From contig CANLYJ010000004.1 in NCBI GenBank assembly GCA_947495295.1, positions 198,841-262,840 on the forward strand: DNA of 64,000 bases, in the 5' to 3' direction. The position numbers and the translations under genes are program-made. The notes under the pieces are model-generated. The model was not told the DNA's origin. It did not search any database and saw nothing but the letters and a program-made list of their open reading frames with translations. Within the stretch, counting starts at the first letter, position 1; the number at the start of each line of letters is the position of its first letter. Below are positions 9,699 through 18,638 of the stretch, piece after piece. This DNA is from an uncultured Rhodobacteraceae bacterium (GTDB lineage: Bacteria; Pseudomonadota; Alphaproteobacteria; Rhodobacterales; Rhodobacteraceae).

Positions 9699-10032
9699 CC
9701 CGAATGAGGATATGCTGGACGATCTGTTCGCGCAGGCAAGGCGCGTCGCACCGCCGGTCAGTAACGACCTGATGGCGCGCGTTCTGGCCGATGCCAGACG
9801 GCCAGAGGCGTCCGTTGAGGCGCCGGGAATTTTGGCTGGTTTGCTGGATGCGGTCGGCGGTTGGTTTGCGATGGGTGGTCTGGCGACAGCCACTTTAGCG
9901 GGTCTTTGGATCGGTGTTGCGCCACCTTTAGCTTTTGAGGAATTGACCGCCGGGCTGCTGGGCGACACGGTTACTGTTCATCTGGGCAGTGCCAGCGGGT
10001 TTGCGGATTTCGGAGAGTTGGAAGATGGCTGA
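9691..10032 (+). CDS. Putative anti-sigma factor (single-pass membrane protein)
   Basis: ATG 9691 overlaps the sigma stop. 113 aa with one TM helix (GGWFAMGGLATATLAGLWIGVA). The position is typical for a cognate anti-sigma factor. Confidence 0.55.
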   Translation: MTDPNEDMLDDLFAQARRVAPPVSNDLMARVLADARRPEASVEAPGILAGLLDAVGGWFAMGGLATATLAGLWIGVAPPLAFEELTAGLLGDTVTVHLGSASGFADFGELEDG

Positions 10033-10510
10033 AGCGGCAAAGAGTAAACCCTCGCGGATGTGGCGGACCATATTGGTCTTGTCGCTTACGTTGAATCTGA
10101 TCGTGGTTGGCATTGTCGCCGGTGCGGGTTTGTCAGGGCGATTGGGGAACGGCCCGCCGCGATCCTTTGAGTTCGGGCCGGGGCCGATGGCACGCGCACT
10201 TGAACCACAAGATCGCAGGGCGATTGGCCGGGCACTGCGCGAGGACCGCGATGTGCGTGGCATGAATTTGCGCGGACAATTTGTACAGATCGTGTCGAGC
10301 CTACGGCAAGAGCCGTTCGACCCAGCCGCATTGCAAGACCTGATGGCGATGCAAGGCGAACGTTTCGCCGCCATTCAGGCAAAATCAAGTGAAGCGCTGG
10401 TCGCACAGATTGTTGCCATGACGCCGGATGAGCGCGCAGCATTCGCGGATCGGTTAGAGAATGAAATGCGCCGCCCGCGCAAGTCCCGCGATGATCGCTC
10501 AGGCGGCTGA
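10025..10510 (+). CDS. Periplasmic heavy-metal sensor / Spy-CpxP-like protein
   Basis: N-terminal TM anchor followed by a helical domain with an LRxxxxxxR pattern. Overlaps the upstream stop and is the third gene of the ECF unit. Confidence 0.6.
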   Translation: MAEAAKSKPSRMWRTILVLSLTLNLIVVGIVAGAGLSGRLGNGPPRSFEFGPGPMARALEPQDRRAIGRALREDRDVRGMNLRGQFVQIVSSLRQEPFDPAALQDLMAMQGERFAAIQAKSSEALVAQIVAMTPDERAAFADRLENEMRRPRKSRDDRSGG

Positions 10511-11890
10511 CTTGCTCATCGCGACCTGATTGCGGCCCGCTGATTTGGCCGCATAAAGGGCGGCATCAGCCTGATCGCATATCTTGTTCAGATGGCTTTT
10601 TTCGATGTCGCGCCGTCCACTTGTGGCCACCCCAACAGATGCGGTGACTTTCAGCTTTCGACCGCCATTGCCCAGATCAAAGGGGCGTTCATTCACCAAA
10701 CGGCGTAAGCGGTCAGCGGCCAGATGTGCCTGGGCCGCACTGGTGCGCGGCATCGCGACCAAAAATTCCTCACCCCCGACACGGGCGACAAGATCGATGG
10801 CGCGCAGGTTTTCACGCAGCCGGTCGGCCAGTTGCACAAGCACCTGGTCACCCGCAGCATGACCATGCGTATCATTCACCTGTTTGAAGTGATCGATATC
10901 CAGCATCATCACGGCCAGTTCCCGGCCAGAGCCGCGCGATTGTTCGGCCAGACGTGTCAGATGTGCCTGCACATAGCGCCGGTTGTAAAGCCCGGTCAGC
11001 GGGTCAGTGACCGCAGCATGCAGACCGTTGCGTACCGTGTCGCGCAGCCGATCATGCAATAACTTGCGGCGGATCAGGGCCTTGGCACGTAGGGTCAATT
11101 CGCCCTCGGATGTGCCGCTGCTGACAATGTCGTCGGCGCCCAAATCTAGAAACATCGCTGCCATTTCCGGTTCGTTATGGGGCACAACGATCAACTGGGT
11201 CGACAATCGCGTTTCGGCCCGCGAACGCAGGTCAGAAACGAGTCGGTAAAGCGCCTTGCGATCACAGTCGGAATGCGCGCCGTCGATGACAAAGAGATCC
11301 GGTACAGGGGTCACTGCCGTTTGTTTCAGGACGCAATTGGATGCAAGCGCGCGCACCGGCTGGCCCAAACCGTTCAGCAACATCTGGTTCAGACTGGCGT
11401 CGCAAGCGTCTTCTTGTGAAATCAGGGCAACATGGGCGGCTGTTTCAAACAGCGCATTCGCCTCTTCAAAGCCAAGCGCGCGGCTGGTGCTGTCGCGCAG
11501 CAAAAGTTCCTGACTGGCGCTGCGGACGCGCAGCAGGCTACGGATACGCGCCAGAAGCAGTGTATCATTCATCGGGTTGGGCAGCACATCATCAGCACCC
11601 ACATCAAGGGCCGCAAAACGGGCCTTTGAGGTGTCTGCCACGCCCACGGCGATGACAGCGACATTCGATGTTTCAGGGTCATTTTTAAGGACTCGGCAAA
11701 AGTCATGCCGGTCTTCCACCGGGTCGGACAGATTAATCAGGATAAGGTCGGGCCGATTGGTGGAAATGATCGCCTCAGCCTCGATCCGGCTGGAACATGC
11801 ATCTACACTGAATTGCGCCGCCAACATTTTTACTTTCAACACAATGCGGTTTGTAGCAACGGTATCAATGATCAAGATTCGGCCGGACAT
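10499..11890 (-). CDS. PleD-like REC-REC-GGDEF diguanylate cyclase with degenerate receiver domains
   Basis: Collinear with Caulobacter PleD. GGEEF active site and RAID I-site are present. Receiver-1 acceptor residues are replaced (IIDT, LILINLS, NPMN). Confidence 0.85.
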   Translation of the reverse strand: MSGRILIIDTVATNRIVLKVKMLAAQFSVDACSSRIEAEAIISTNRPDLILINLSDPVEDRHDFCRVLKNDPETSNVAVIAVGVADTSKARFAALDVGADDVLPNPMNDTLLLARIRSLLRVRSASQELLLRDSTSRALGFEEANALFETAAHVALISQEDACDASLNQMLLNGLGQPVRALASNCVLKQTAVTPVPDLFVIDGAHSDCDRKALYRLVSDLRSRAETRLSTQLIVVPHNEPEMAAMFLDLGADDIVSSGTSEGELTLRAKALIRRKLLHDRLRDTVRNGLHAAVTDPLTGLYNRRYVQAHLTRLAEQSRGSGRELAVMMLDIDHFKQVNDTHGHAAGDQVLVQLADRLRENLRAIDLVARVGGEEFLVAMPRTSAAQAHLAADRLRRLVNERPFDLGNGGRKLKVTASVGVATSGRRDIEKSHLNKICDQADAALYAAKSAGRNQVAMSKSAA

Positions 11891-11987
11891 TTCTGTATCC
11901 TCTGGTAGTCATATCCACGTTTCGTGGTGAGGCCCAATTTCTGTCCGAATGGTTAAGAAACAGTTTCTGTTGATGTAAGGAATTTTA

Positions 11988-12266
11988 ATGCACCGTGACG
12001 ATGCGCAAACAATCGCTTACCAGGCTTTGGGCTGGCTGGCAGGCAATGAAGAACTTTGCCCGGTTTTTCTGGGGGCCACCGGCGGAACTGCCGATGAGAT
12101 GCAACAGAACGCAACAGACCCTGCCTTTCTGGCATCGGTTTTGGAGTTTATCACCATGGATGATGCGTGGGTGATCGCGTTCTGCGACACTGTAAATCTG
12201 GCCTATGATCAACCGTTGCGGGCACGCTATGCCCTGCCTGGCGCGGAGAATGTGCAGTGGACATGA
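11988..12266 (+). CDS. DUF3572 domain protein
   Basis: 92 aa. AYQALGWLAGNEELCPVFLGATG...FLASVLEFI matches my recollection of DUF3572, usually found beside pleD-like genes in Rhodobacterales. Confidence 0.6.
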   Translation: MHRDDAQTIAYQALGWLAGNEELCPVFLGATGGTADEMQQNATDPAFLASVLEFITMDDAWVIAFCDTVNLAYDQPLRARYALPGAENVQWT

Positions 12267-12985
12267 ATATGCGCACCTTTGATGAAGATGCTGAAATAAA
12301 AGGGATTATCTTTGACAAAGATGGTACCCTTTTCGACTTCAACGCCACATGGGGCGTGTGGGCGCAACATATGCTGCGTGAAGAGGCAGATGGAGATGAG
12401 CTGCGCCTTGCGACATTGGCGGAGGTGTTGGGCTACGATCTGGCCCGGTCACGTTTCCTGCCTGGCAGCATTGTGATTGCGGAAACTGTTGATGTTGTCG
12501 CGCAGGCCATGTTGCCGCATCTGCCGGACACTGATGCAGAAGTGTTGATCACCCGGATGAACGCCGCCGCCAGCAAGGTTCCGCAGGTCGAAGCGGCCCC
12601 GCTGATCCCCTTTTGCCAAACCCTTGCCGCGCGCGGGCTTACGCTTGGCATTGCGACCAATGATGCAGAGATGCCAGCGCGCGCGCACTTGCAGGCGGCG
12701 GGCGTGATTGATGCGTTTTCATTTGTCGCCGGCTTTGACAGCGGTCATGGCGGAAAACCAGCGCCTGGTCAGCTATTGGCGTTTTGTGCAGCAACCGGGC
12801 TGGCCCCGTCAGAATGCGTCATGGTGGGGGACAGTTTACATGATTTGCATGCCGGGCGGGCCGCACAGATGCGTACGATTGGGGTGCTGACCGGCCCGGC
12901 ATCCCGGGCAGAACTGGCGCCCGCCGCGGATGTTGTTTTGGCCTCTATCGCAGAGATGCCTGACTGGCTGGCTGCCCAGCCCTGA
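12263..12985 (+). CDS. HAD family hydrolase (phosphoglycolate phosphatase-like)
   Basis: Motif I IIFDKDGTLFD, motif III/IV GKPAPG...MVGDSLHDLHAG. ATGA overlap with the upstream stop. Confidence 0.85.
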   Translation: MNMRTFDEDAEIKGIIFDKDGTLFDFNATWGVWAQHMLREEADGDELRLATLAEVLGYDLARSRFLPGSIVIAETVDVVAQAMLPHLPDTDAEVLITRMNAAASKVPQVEAAPLIPFCQTLAARGLTLGIATNDAEMPARAHLQAAGVIDAFSFVAGFDSGHGGKPAPGQLLAFCAATGLAPSECVMVGDSLHDLHAGRAAQMRTIGVLTGPASRAELAPAADVVLASIAEMPDWLAAQP

Positions 12986-13069
12986 AAACCGACAGGTTAT
13001 GTCGCATTTTCGGCATCACGATTTCTGCTCCCTTGGCATTCTGAATTGGCAGGGAGAAGGAATGCGCAG

Positions 13070-14626
13070 ATGGCAGATGAAAAACCAAGACGGCGTGGTG
13101 GTGGTCGGGCAGGGGCGGCCAACAGGCGGGGCAGTGCCGCGATAGAACAGATGCCTTGGCGCATCCCGGTCAATACGGACCGCCCGACCGAGCCACTGAC
13201 CGAAGATGGTGTGCAGGCGATCCATGACGGCGCGATGCGTATCCTTGAGGAGATCGGGATCGAATTCCTGCATGAAGAAGCGCTGACCTTGTTCAAAGAG
13301 GCAGGCTGCACCGTCAACGGCACCAATGTCCGTATGGGCCGTGATTGGGTTATGGAGATGTTGGGCCATGCGCCCGCGCAATTCGACATCACCCCGCGTA
13401 ACCCGGATCGCAAGATCACCCTTGGGGGCAAACATATCCTGTTTGGCAATGTCTCGTCCCCGCCCAATTATTTTGATCTTGAGATCGGCAAGAAAGTGTC
13501 GGGCACCCGGGCGCAATGTGCCAATCTCTTGCGATTGACTCAGTATTTCAACTGCATCCACTTCGCGGGGGGGTACCCGGTCGAGGCGGTCGATCTGCAT
13601 CCATCGGTGCGTCACCTCGACATCATGTATGACAAGATGATGCTGACCGACAAGGTGGTTCACGCCTATTCGCTTGGCAAAGAGCGGGTCGAAGATGTGA
13701 TGGAGATGGTCAAGATCGCAGGCCAGTTGAGCGAAGATGATTTTGGTGCCAGGCCACATATGTATACCAACATCAATTCGACCTCGCCGCTCAAGCATGA
13801 TGATCTGATGATTGATGGCTGCCTGCGTTGTGCGCGGCGGGGGCAGGCGATTATGGTGACCCCTTTCACATTGGCAGGGGCGATGGCACCAGTGACCATG
13901 TCGGGTGCGGTGACCCTGTCCATTGCCGAGGCGGTAAGCGCTATTGCCCTGTTCCAGTATGTGCGCCGCGGCGCGCCTTGTGTAATCGGGACCTTCACCA
14001 GCAATGTGGACATGAAATCCGGCGCGCCCGCCTTTGGCACACCAGAATACATGCGTGCGACCCAAATGACCGGGCAAATGGCGCGGTTTTATGGGGTGCC
14101 GATGCGTGCGTCCGGATCCTGTGCGGCTAATGTGCCCGACGGGCAAGCGATGTGGGAGACGTCAAACGCGCTGTGGTCCGCGGTCCAGTCGGGCACGAAT
14201 ATCGTCTACCACGCAGCGGGATGGTTGGAAGGTGGGTTGGTGGCCTGTCCGGAAAAATTCGTAATGGATTGCGAGATCCTGCAAATGATCCAACGCTATA
14301 TGGAGCCGGAAATCGTGGCGACCGGCCCAGACGATATCGCGTTCGATGCGATCAAGGAGGTTGGTCCGAACGGCCACTATTTTGGGATCGATCATACGCA
14401 GGAAAGATATGAGACCGCCTTCTACCAGCCGTTTGTATCAAACTGGCAGAATTTCGAAGCATGGGAAGTCGCAGGCGGGATCTGGACAGCCGAGCGGGCA
14501 CATCGGACCTACAAAGACATCCTGAACGATTTCGAAGCGCCGCCCATTGATGCGGGGGTCAAGGATGCGTTGGGTGATTTTGTGGAGCGACGCAAAGCCG
14601 AGGGTGGCGCGCCGACCGATTTCTGA
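13070..14626 (+). CDS. Trimethylamine methyltransferase (MttB) superfamily protein, non-pyrrolysine type
   Basis: About 518 aa with an Arg/Gly-rich N-terminus and MttB-like TIM-barrel blocks throughout. No in-frame TAG. ATG 13070 is preceded by GGGAGAAGG. Confidence 0.75.
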   Translation: MADEKPRRRGGGRAGAANRRGSAAIEQMPWRIPVNTDRPTEPLTEDGVQAIHDGAMRILEEIGIEFLHEEALTLFKEAGCTVNGTNVRMGRDWVMEMLGHAPAQFDITPRNPDRKITLGGKHILFGNVSSPPNYFDLEIGKKVSGTRAQCANLLRLTQYFNCIHFAGGYPVEAVDLHPSVRHLDIMYDKMMLTDKVVHAYSLGKERVEDVMEMVKIAGQLSEDDFGARPHMYTNINSTSPLKHDDLMIDGCLRCARRGQAIMVTPFTLAGAMAPVTMSGAVTLSIAEAVSAIALFQYVRRGAPCVIGTFTSNVDMKSGAPAFGTPEYMRATQMTGQMARFYGVPMRASGSCAANVPDGQAMWETSNALWSAVQSGTNIVYHAAGWLEGGLVACPEKFVMDCEILQMIQRYMEPEIVATGPDDIAFDAIKEVGPNGHYFGIDHTQERYETAFYQPFVSNWQNFEAWEVAGGIWTAERAHRTYKDILNDFEAPPIDAGVKDALGDFVERRKAEGGAPTDF

Positions 14627-14892
14627 CGGCCAATGATGGGTGCAAGCCGCCATCCGACCTGACCCTGGTCGCCTAGCGGTCGGTTTGGGCCGTGCAGCCG
14701 TTAATGCCTGATAAACCAGTTCGTCCTTCAATCATTCATATTTCAGCGTTTACGGCCGCTTTGACCACAATTGGACAACAATTTTTGAAAATAGGCACCT
14801 AATTGCCGCCAGGCTGCCCACGGGCCGCCGCAGCATTGCCCTGTTCGCTTTGCATTTATTAACCCGTGAGTAGGGAAGAAGGGACCGAGGAT

Positions 14893-15369
14893 ATGAAGCG
14901 ATTGGCAGTTTTGATAGCAGGTGCGACGATGGCGTTTATGGGGTCGCAAGCGGCGGCTGGAAGCTGTGTGACGCCTGCAAATGTGAATGCAATGGCCACC
15001 GAAATCGCGGCTGGTGTGAACGCCAGCCGCAGGGCACATGGCCAGTCGCCACTGCAGTTCAACCGTCGTCTGGGGCAAGCCGCAATGAGCCACGCCTGCG
15101 ACATGCTTGCCAATAACTTTTTTGACCATCGTGGTTCAGACGGATCAACGTCGCAACGCCGGGTGCAGGCGACGGGATATCGCGATTGCATCGTGGCTGA
15201 AAACCTGGCCTGGGGCTATCCACAGTCCAAACAGATCATTGATGGTTGGATGAATTCGCCCGGGCACCGGCGCAACATGCTGCACCCCCGGATCGAAGAA
15301 TTCGGCGTGGGCATCACACAAGGCCCTAAAGGCCCTTACTGGGTGCTGGTGGTTGGCAAGAGCTGTTAA
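14893..15369 (+). CDS. CAP/SCP/PR1-like domain secreted protein
   Basis: Signal peptide, then the CAP motifs FFDHRGSDG and GWMNSPGHRRNML. Confidence 0.8.
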   Translation: MKRLAVLIAGATMAFMGSQAAAGSCVTPANVNAMATEIAAGVNASRRAHGQSPLQFNRRLGQAAMSHACDMLANNFFDHRGSDGSTSQRRVQATGYRDCIVAENLAWGYPQSKQIIDGWMNSPGHRRNMLHPRIEEFGVGITQGPKGPYWVLVVGKSC

Positions 15370-15373
15370 CGGG

Positions 15374-15395
15374 GATGGGTTAAAACCCATCTTAC
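15374..15395. repeat. Palindromic repeat copy GATGGGTTAAAACCCATCTTAC
   Basis: Same family as 922-947, located 5 nt after the CAP gene stop. Confidence 0.75.
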
Positions 15396-15425
15396 ATTGA
15401 TTATCTGTCGGATCATTGCCGCGTC

Positions 15426-15451
15426 GTAAGATGGGTTTTAACCCATCTCAC
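15426..15451. repeat. Palindromic repeat copy GTAAGATGGGTTTTAACCCATCTCAC
   Basis: Same family. Overlaps the dtd stop codon (15448-15450). Confidence 0.75.
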
Positions 15452-15885
15452 AGATCGATCCAGATTGTCACCGGGCCATTATTGGTCAGGCTCACCGCCA
15501 TGTCAGCCCCGAATGTCCCGGTTTCAGTGGCTACACCAAGGTCGCGCATCTCCGCGACGAATTGCTCATAAAGGGCGCGACCAGTTTCTGCCTTGGCCGC
15601 AGCAGAAAAGCCGGGTCGGTTGCCACGCGACGTATCTGCAGCCAAAGTGAATTGGCTGACGACCAAAGCAGCGCCACCAATATCAAGTAGTGATTTGTTC
15701 ATCTTGCCTGCATCGTCGGCAAAGATACGCAATTTGCTGATCTTTGTGGCGAGTGCCGCACAGGCTGTTGGGGCGTCACCGTCCATCGCGCAGATCAATA
15801 TCAACAGGCCCGGCCCAATCTGACCGACGGTTTCCCCGTCCACCTGCACGCTGGCCTCTGTGACCCGTTGGATCAGCGCCCTCAC
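15448..15885 (-). CDS. dtd: D-aminoacyl-tRNA deacylase
   Basis: 145 aa. MRALIQRV..., [17 protein letters not shown] and the C-terminal [11 protein letters not shown] are classic Dtd motifs. Confidence 0.92.
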   Translation of the reverse strand: MRALIQRVTEASVQVDGETVGQIGPGLLILICAMDGDAPTACAALATKISKLRIFADDAGKMNKSLLDIGGAALVVSQFTLAADTSRGNRPGFSAAAKAETGRALYEQFVAEMRDLGVATETGTFGADMAVSLTNNGPVTIWIDL

Positions 15886-16787
15886 AGTTCAGATGCCCAA
15901 GGCGGATTGGCCCCGGCGCGGCTGACCGTGATTGCGGCGGTTTTTGCACCAAAACGGGCCGCAGCCGCTAGATCATCTAGGGTCGCATTTGCCAATTCGG
16001 TTTTTGTCAGCTGTCCAACTCCATTCAGATGCGCCATGAAACCGGCGCTAAATGTGTCACCCGCCCCAACCGTATCAACAACCGCCGCGCGTTCGGCAGG
16101 CACGTTGACCTCGCCCTGACGGGTCAGGACCGTCACCCCTTCGCTACCACGGGTCAGCAGGATAACCTGCGCCTTTGTGGTTTCGAATAACCGCGTGGCA
16201 TCTGCGTCACCGCGAATCCATGTCAGGTCTTCATCCGAGGTTTTGATGATATCGGCGGCTCCAAGCATCCGGTCCAGACGCGCCCGGTAACCTGGTTCAT
16301 CAGTGATGAAGGATGGCCGGATGTTGGGGTCGATCATTGTCAGCTTTTGCGACGCCTCGCGCAGCATCAATGCCTCATAGGTGCTGCCGCAGGGTTCGAC
16401 CACCAGGCTGATGCCCCCGAAAAACAGCGCATCCGCATCCGTTTTGGGCAAGTCTGCCAGAGCCAGCATCCGACCTGCGGTATTTTCGTCATAAAATGCG
16501 TAAGAGGCGTGCCCATCCGTCAGTTTGACGAAGGCCAGCGTCGTTGGGCGGTCGCTGATTGCGGTGGGCGTGCTGTCAACGCCGGAGGCAGCCAGTTCGG
16601 CCCGCAAAATGTCGCCAAACAGATCTGATGACAGGCCGGAAAAGAACTGAACCGGCGCGCCCAGTCGGCCCAATGCGATGGATGTATTGAACACCGACCC
16701 GCCAGCATGGGGCGCAAAGGCGTCACCCCCGCCGGTCGTCTGCCGGGGCAACATGTCAATCAAGGCTTCACCACAACAAAGGATCAT
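15882..16787 (-). CDS. PfkB family carbohydrate kinase (fructokinase-like)
   Basis: N-terminal [12 protein letters not shown] and C-terminal [13 protein letters not shown] PfkB signatures. Start at M20 (16787) avoids overlap with the upstream gene. Confidence 0.85.
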   Translation of the reverse strand: MILCCGEALIDMLPRQTTGGGDAFAPHAGGSVFNTSIALGRLGAPVQFFSGLSSDLFGDILRAELAASGVDSTPTAISDRPTTLAFVKLTDGHASYAFYDENTAGRMLALADLPKTDADALFFGGISLVVEPCGSTYEALMLREASQKLTMIDPNIRPSFITDEPGYRARLDRMLGAADIIKTSDEDLTWIRGDADATRLFETTKAQVILLTRGSEGVTVLTRQGEVNVPAERAAVVDTVGAGDTFSAGFMAHLNGVGQLTKTELANATLDDLAAAARFGAKTAAITVSRAGANPPWASEL

Positions 16788-16803
16788 CGCATTACTCCTG
16801 AAA

Positions 16804-17892
16804 TCACTGACTGTTAGCGATAACAAATCCAGCAACGAGCGCAAGGATCATACCGACCAGCACTGCAAATGCGATCTTCCAGGCGGAGTAGGGGCGTTCA
16901 CCCTGAACGCGACCCGTCCTGCCATTCACGACAAAGCGATAGGTGCGCCCACGGTATTTATACGCAGCAAGCCAGACCGGTAGCAGGATATGTTTGAACG
17001 TGACGTCGCTGATCTGGGTTTGCACATCGCTGATGCGCTGGTCGTCGCCGCCAATATCATATTTGACATCGCGCCGGATCATCCGGTCCATATAGCCCCG
17101 TGCTTCGCTGAAACCATCTGTCAGTTCCACCTGATAGCCTTCCGCCCGGAAACCGGCCAGGTATTCAGGTTTGTAAGGTTCCAATGCCGATAAATCCCAT
17201 GGCTCCAGCCCGTCAGTGTATTTCTTGGGCAAGGACCGCGAGGCGAGTACCAGCACATCGTCAAAAAAACGTGCCACCCGGCCAGAGACGTTGCGCCACC
17301 GGGTCTTGCGCACCCGGACCTGACGACGCTTGCCATCACGCATCACCGTCTTGGTTTCGTAGTAATGCGTGCCGCGTTGACCGCGATATTGGCTTTTGGT
17401 GTCAGCGTCGAAAGTCCAGTAGGGGACATAAATGCCATTCATCCGCCGCCCTTTGCGGGCGTATTCCGTCAGGCCGTTGGGCGCAAACCACAAGCTGCCC
17501 AACCAATCGGTCAGGGCGCTGCGTGCGGTGCCCTCATCCAGATCAAATGGTAGCAGTCCTCGCGGTTTGATATGGCGATGGGTGCCGGTATTGGTGACCA
17601 CGGGTGTGGCGCAGAACGGGCATTCAGCGGCGTGGATATCGGCGTCAAATTCTGTTTGTGCCCCACAATTGGGGCAGGTTGTGACCCGGGTTTCTTCAAT
17701 CTCTTCATCAGATAGCTGTTCATTCACGGCGCGCCGGAAATCCAGTTCCTGGATTGCGCCGGTCCATGGGGCCGTTGCCGTGATTGGCTGGACATTGCCA
17801 CAGTGGTCACAGGTCAGTTGATGTGCGCCCGGATCAAAACGCAGATCAGAGCCGCAAGTGTCACAGGGAAAGCGGTGTTCGGCGTTGGACAT
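16804..17892 (-). CDS. Double zinc-ribbon protein with C-terminal TM anchor (YdjG-like)
   Basis: CDTCGS..x..CDHCGN and CPNCGA..x..CPFCAT ribbons, a ~230-aa central domain, and the C-terminal helix WKIAFAVLVGMILALVAGFVIA. Confidence 0.6.
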   Translation of the reverse strand: MSNAEHRFPCDTCGSDLRFDPGAHQLTCDHCGNVQPITATAPWTGAIQELDFRRAVNEQLSDEEIEETRVTTCPNCGAQTEFDADIHAAECPFCATPVVTNTGTHRHIKPRGLLPFDLDEGTARSALTDWLGSLWFAPNGLTEYARKGRRMNGIYVPYWTFDADTKSQYRGQRGTHYYETKTVMRDGKRRQVRVRKTRWRNVSGRVARFFDDVLVLASRSLPKKYTDGLEPWDLSALEPYKPEYLAGFRAEGYQVELTDGFSEARGYMDRMIRRDVKYDIGGDDQRISDVQTQISDVTFKHILLPVWLAAYKYRGRTYRFVVNGRTGRVQGERPYSAWKIAFAVLVGMILALVAGFVIANSQ

Positions 17893-18315
17893 CTAAAGTA
17901 TCTTATGCATGAAACGGGGGGCCATGTTGCGCAGGGCGCCATCAAACAACACGTTATGTCGCCAGAAATGGAAAAGCCCATGCAATGTGCCAGCACCAAG
18001 CAGGATCAGCAAGGCCGTCCATCCGGTGTTAATCGGCGCCAGTGCCAGTAACGCCGCAGCATTGGCTGCGACTGAGATGCAAAGCAACGCATACATGCCT
18101 CGATGCATCCATGGAAAGGCCCTACGTAACGGGCCTCTCAGCTTTGGCCCGGGTTTGGCTAACAGTCCTTTTGCCAAAGCCATGCCAATCCAGATGATCC
18201 CAGCGATGACAAAGATCCAGCGGATCAACGGCGCCGACGTGCCCCCCTTGATCATGGTCAGAACCAAAAGCAGCACAGACCAATGCAGGATGATTGTCAG
18301 CCGTCGCCGGGTCAT
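17893..18315 (-). CDS. Small four-TM membrane protein, cytochrome b561-like
   Basis: RRLTIILHWSVLLLVL start and several TM-embedded His (WMH, LHGLFHFWRH). 140 aa, shorter than canonical CybB. Confidence 0.45.
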   Translation of the reverse strand: MTRRRLTIILHWSVLLLVLTMIKGGTSAPLIRWIFVIAGIIWIGMALAKGLLAKPGPKLRGPLRRAFPWMHRGMYALLCISVAANAAALLALAPINTGWTALLILLGAGTLHGLFHFWRHNVLFDGALRNMAPRFMHKIL

Positions 18316-18638
18316 TGCGGCGGCCCAATCGGGATATCGACCAGAACAGCGGGGTCAAAGTTGCGCATGTTCACACCGACATTTTTCCAATCAACGGTCA
18401 CAGCCGTCCAGTGGGTCAGCACCCCGCAGGATGCGCAGCGGTGAAATGCCAGATGCCGCGCGCCGCGCATGTAGCTGTCGGTGGTGCCCGTCACGACGAC
18501 GGAATCCTTTGGGACATAGGCCCATCTGACGCCTGTGCGCTGGCAAAAATCACAGGGGCAGTCTGTCATTCGGCGTGGCGTGCCCGGTATCGTGATCGTT
18601 ACCGACCCACAATCGCAATGACCGCTGATCTGCTGCAT
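18312..18638 (-). CDS. GFA / CENP-V family Cys-rich protein
   Basis: CDCGS...CPCDFCQRTG...FHRCASCG zinc-binding pattern of the glutathione-dependent formaldehyde-activating family. Confidence 0.75.
   Translation of the reverse strand: MQQISGHCDCGSVTITIPGTPRRMTDCPCDFCQRTGVRWAYVPKDSVVVTGTTDSYMRGARHLAFHRCASCGVLTHWTAVTVDWKNVGVNMRNFDPAVLVDIPIGPPQ

Noticed and set aside
13016-14146. Long antisense ORFs (376 aa here; similar cases at 7349-8116, 21225-21833, 41820-42809, 44508-45104, 58579-59337, 60394-61002, 62253-63038)
   Set aside because: They lie opposite strongly supported genes, have Arg/Pro/Gly/His-rich low-complexity composition and no recognisable motifs. These are the typical shadow ORFs of high-GC DNA.
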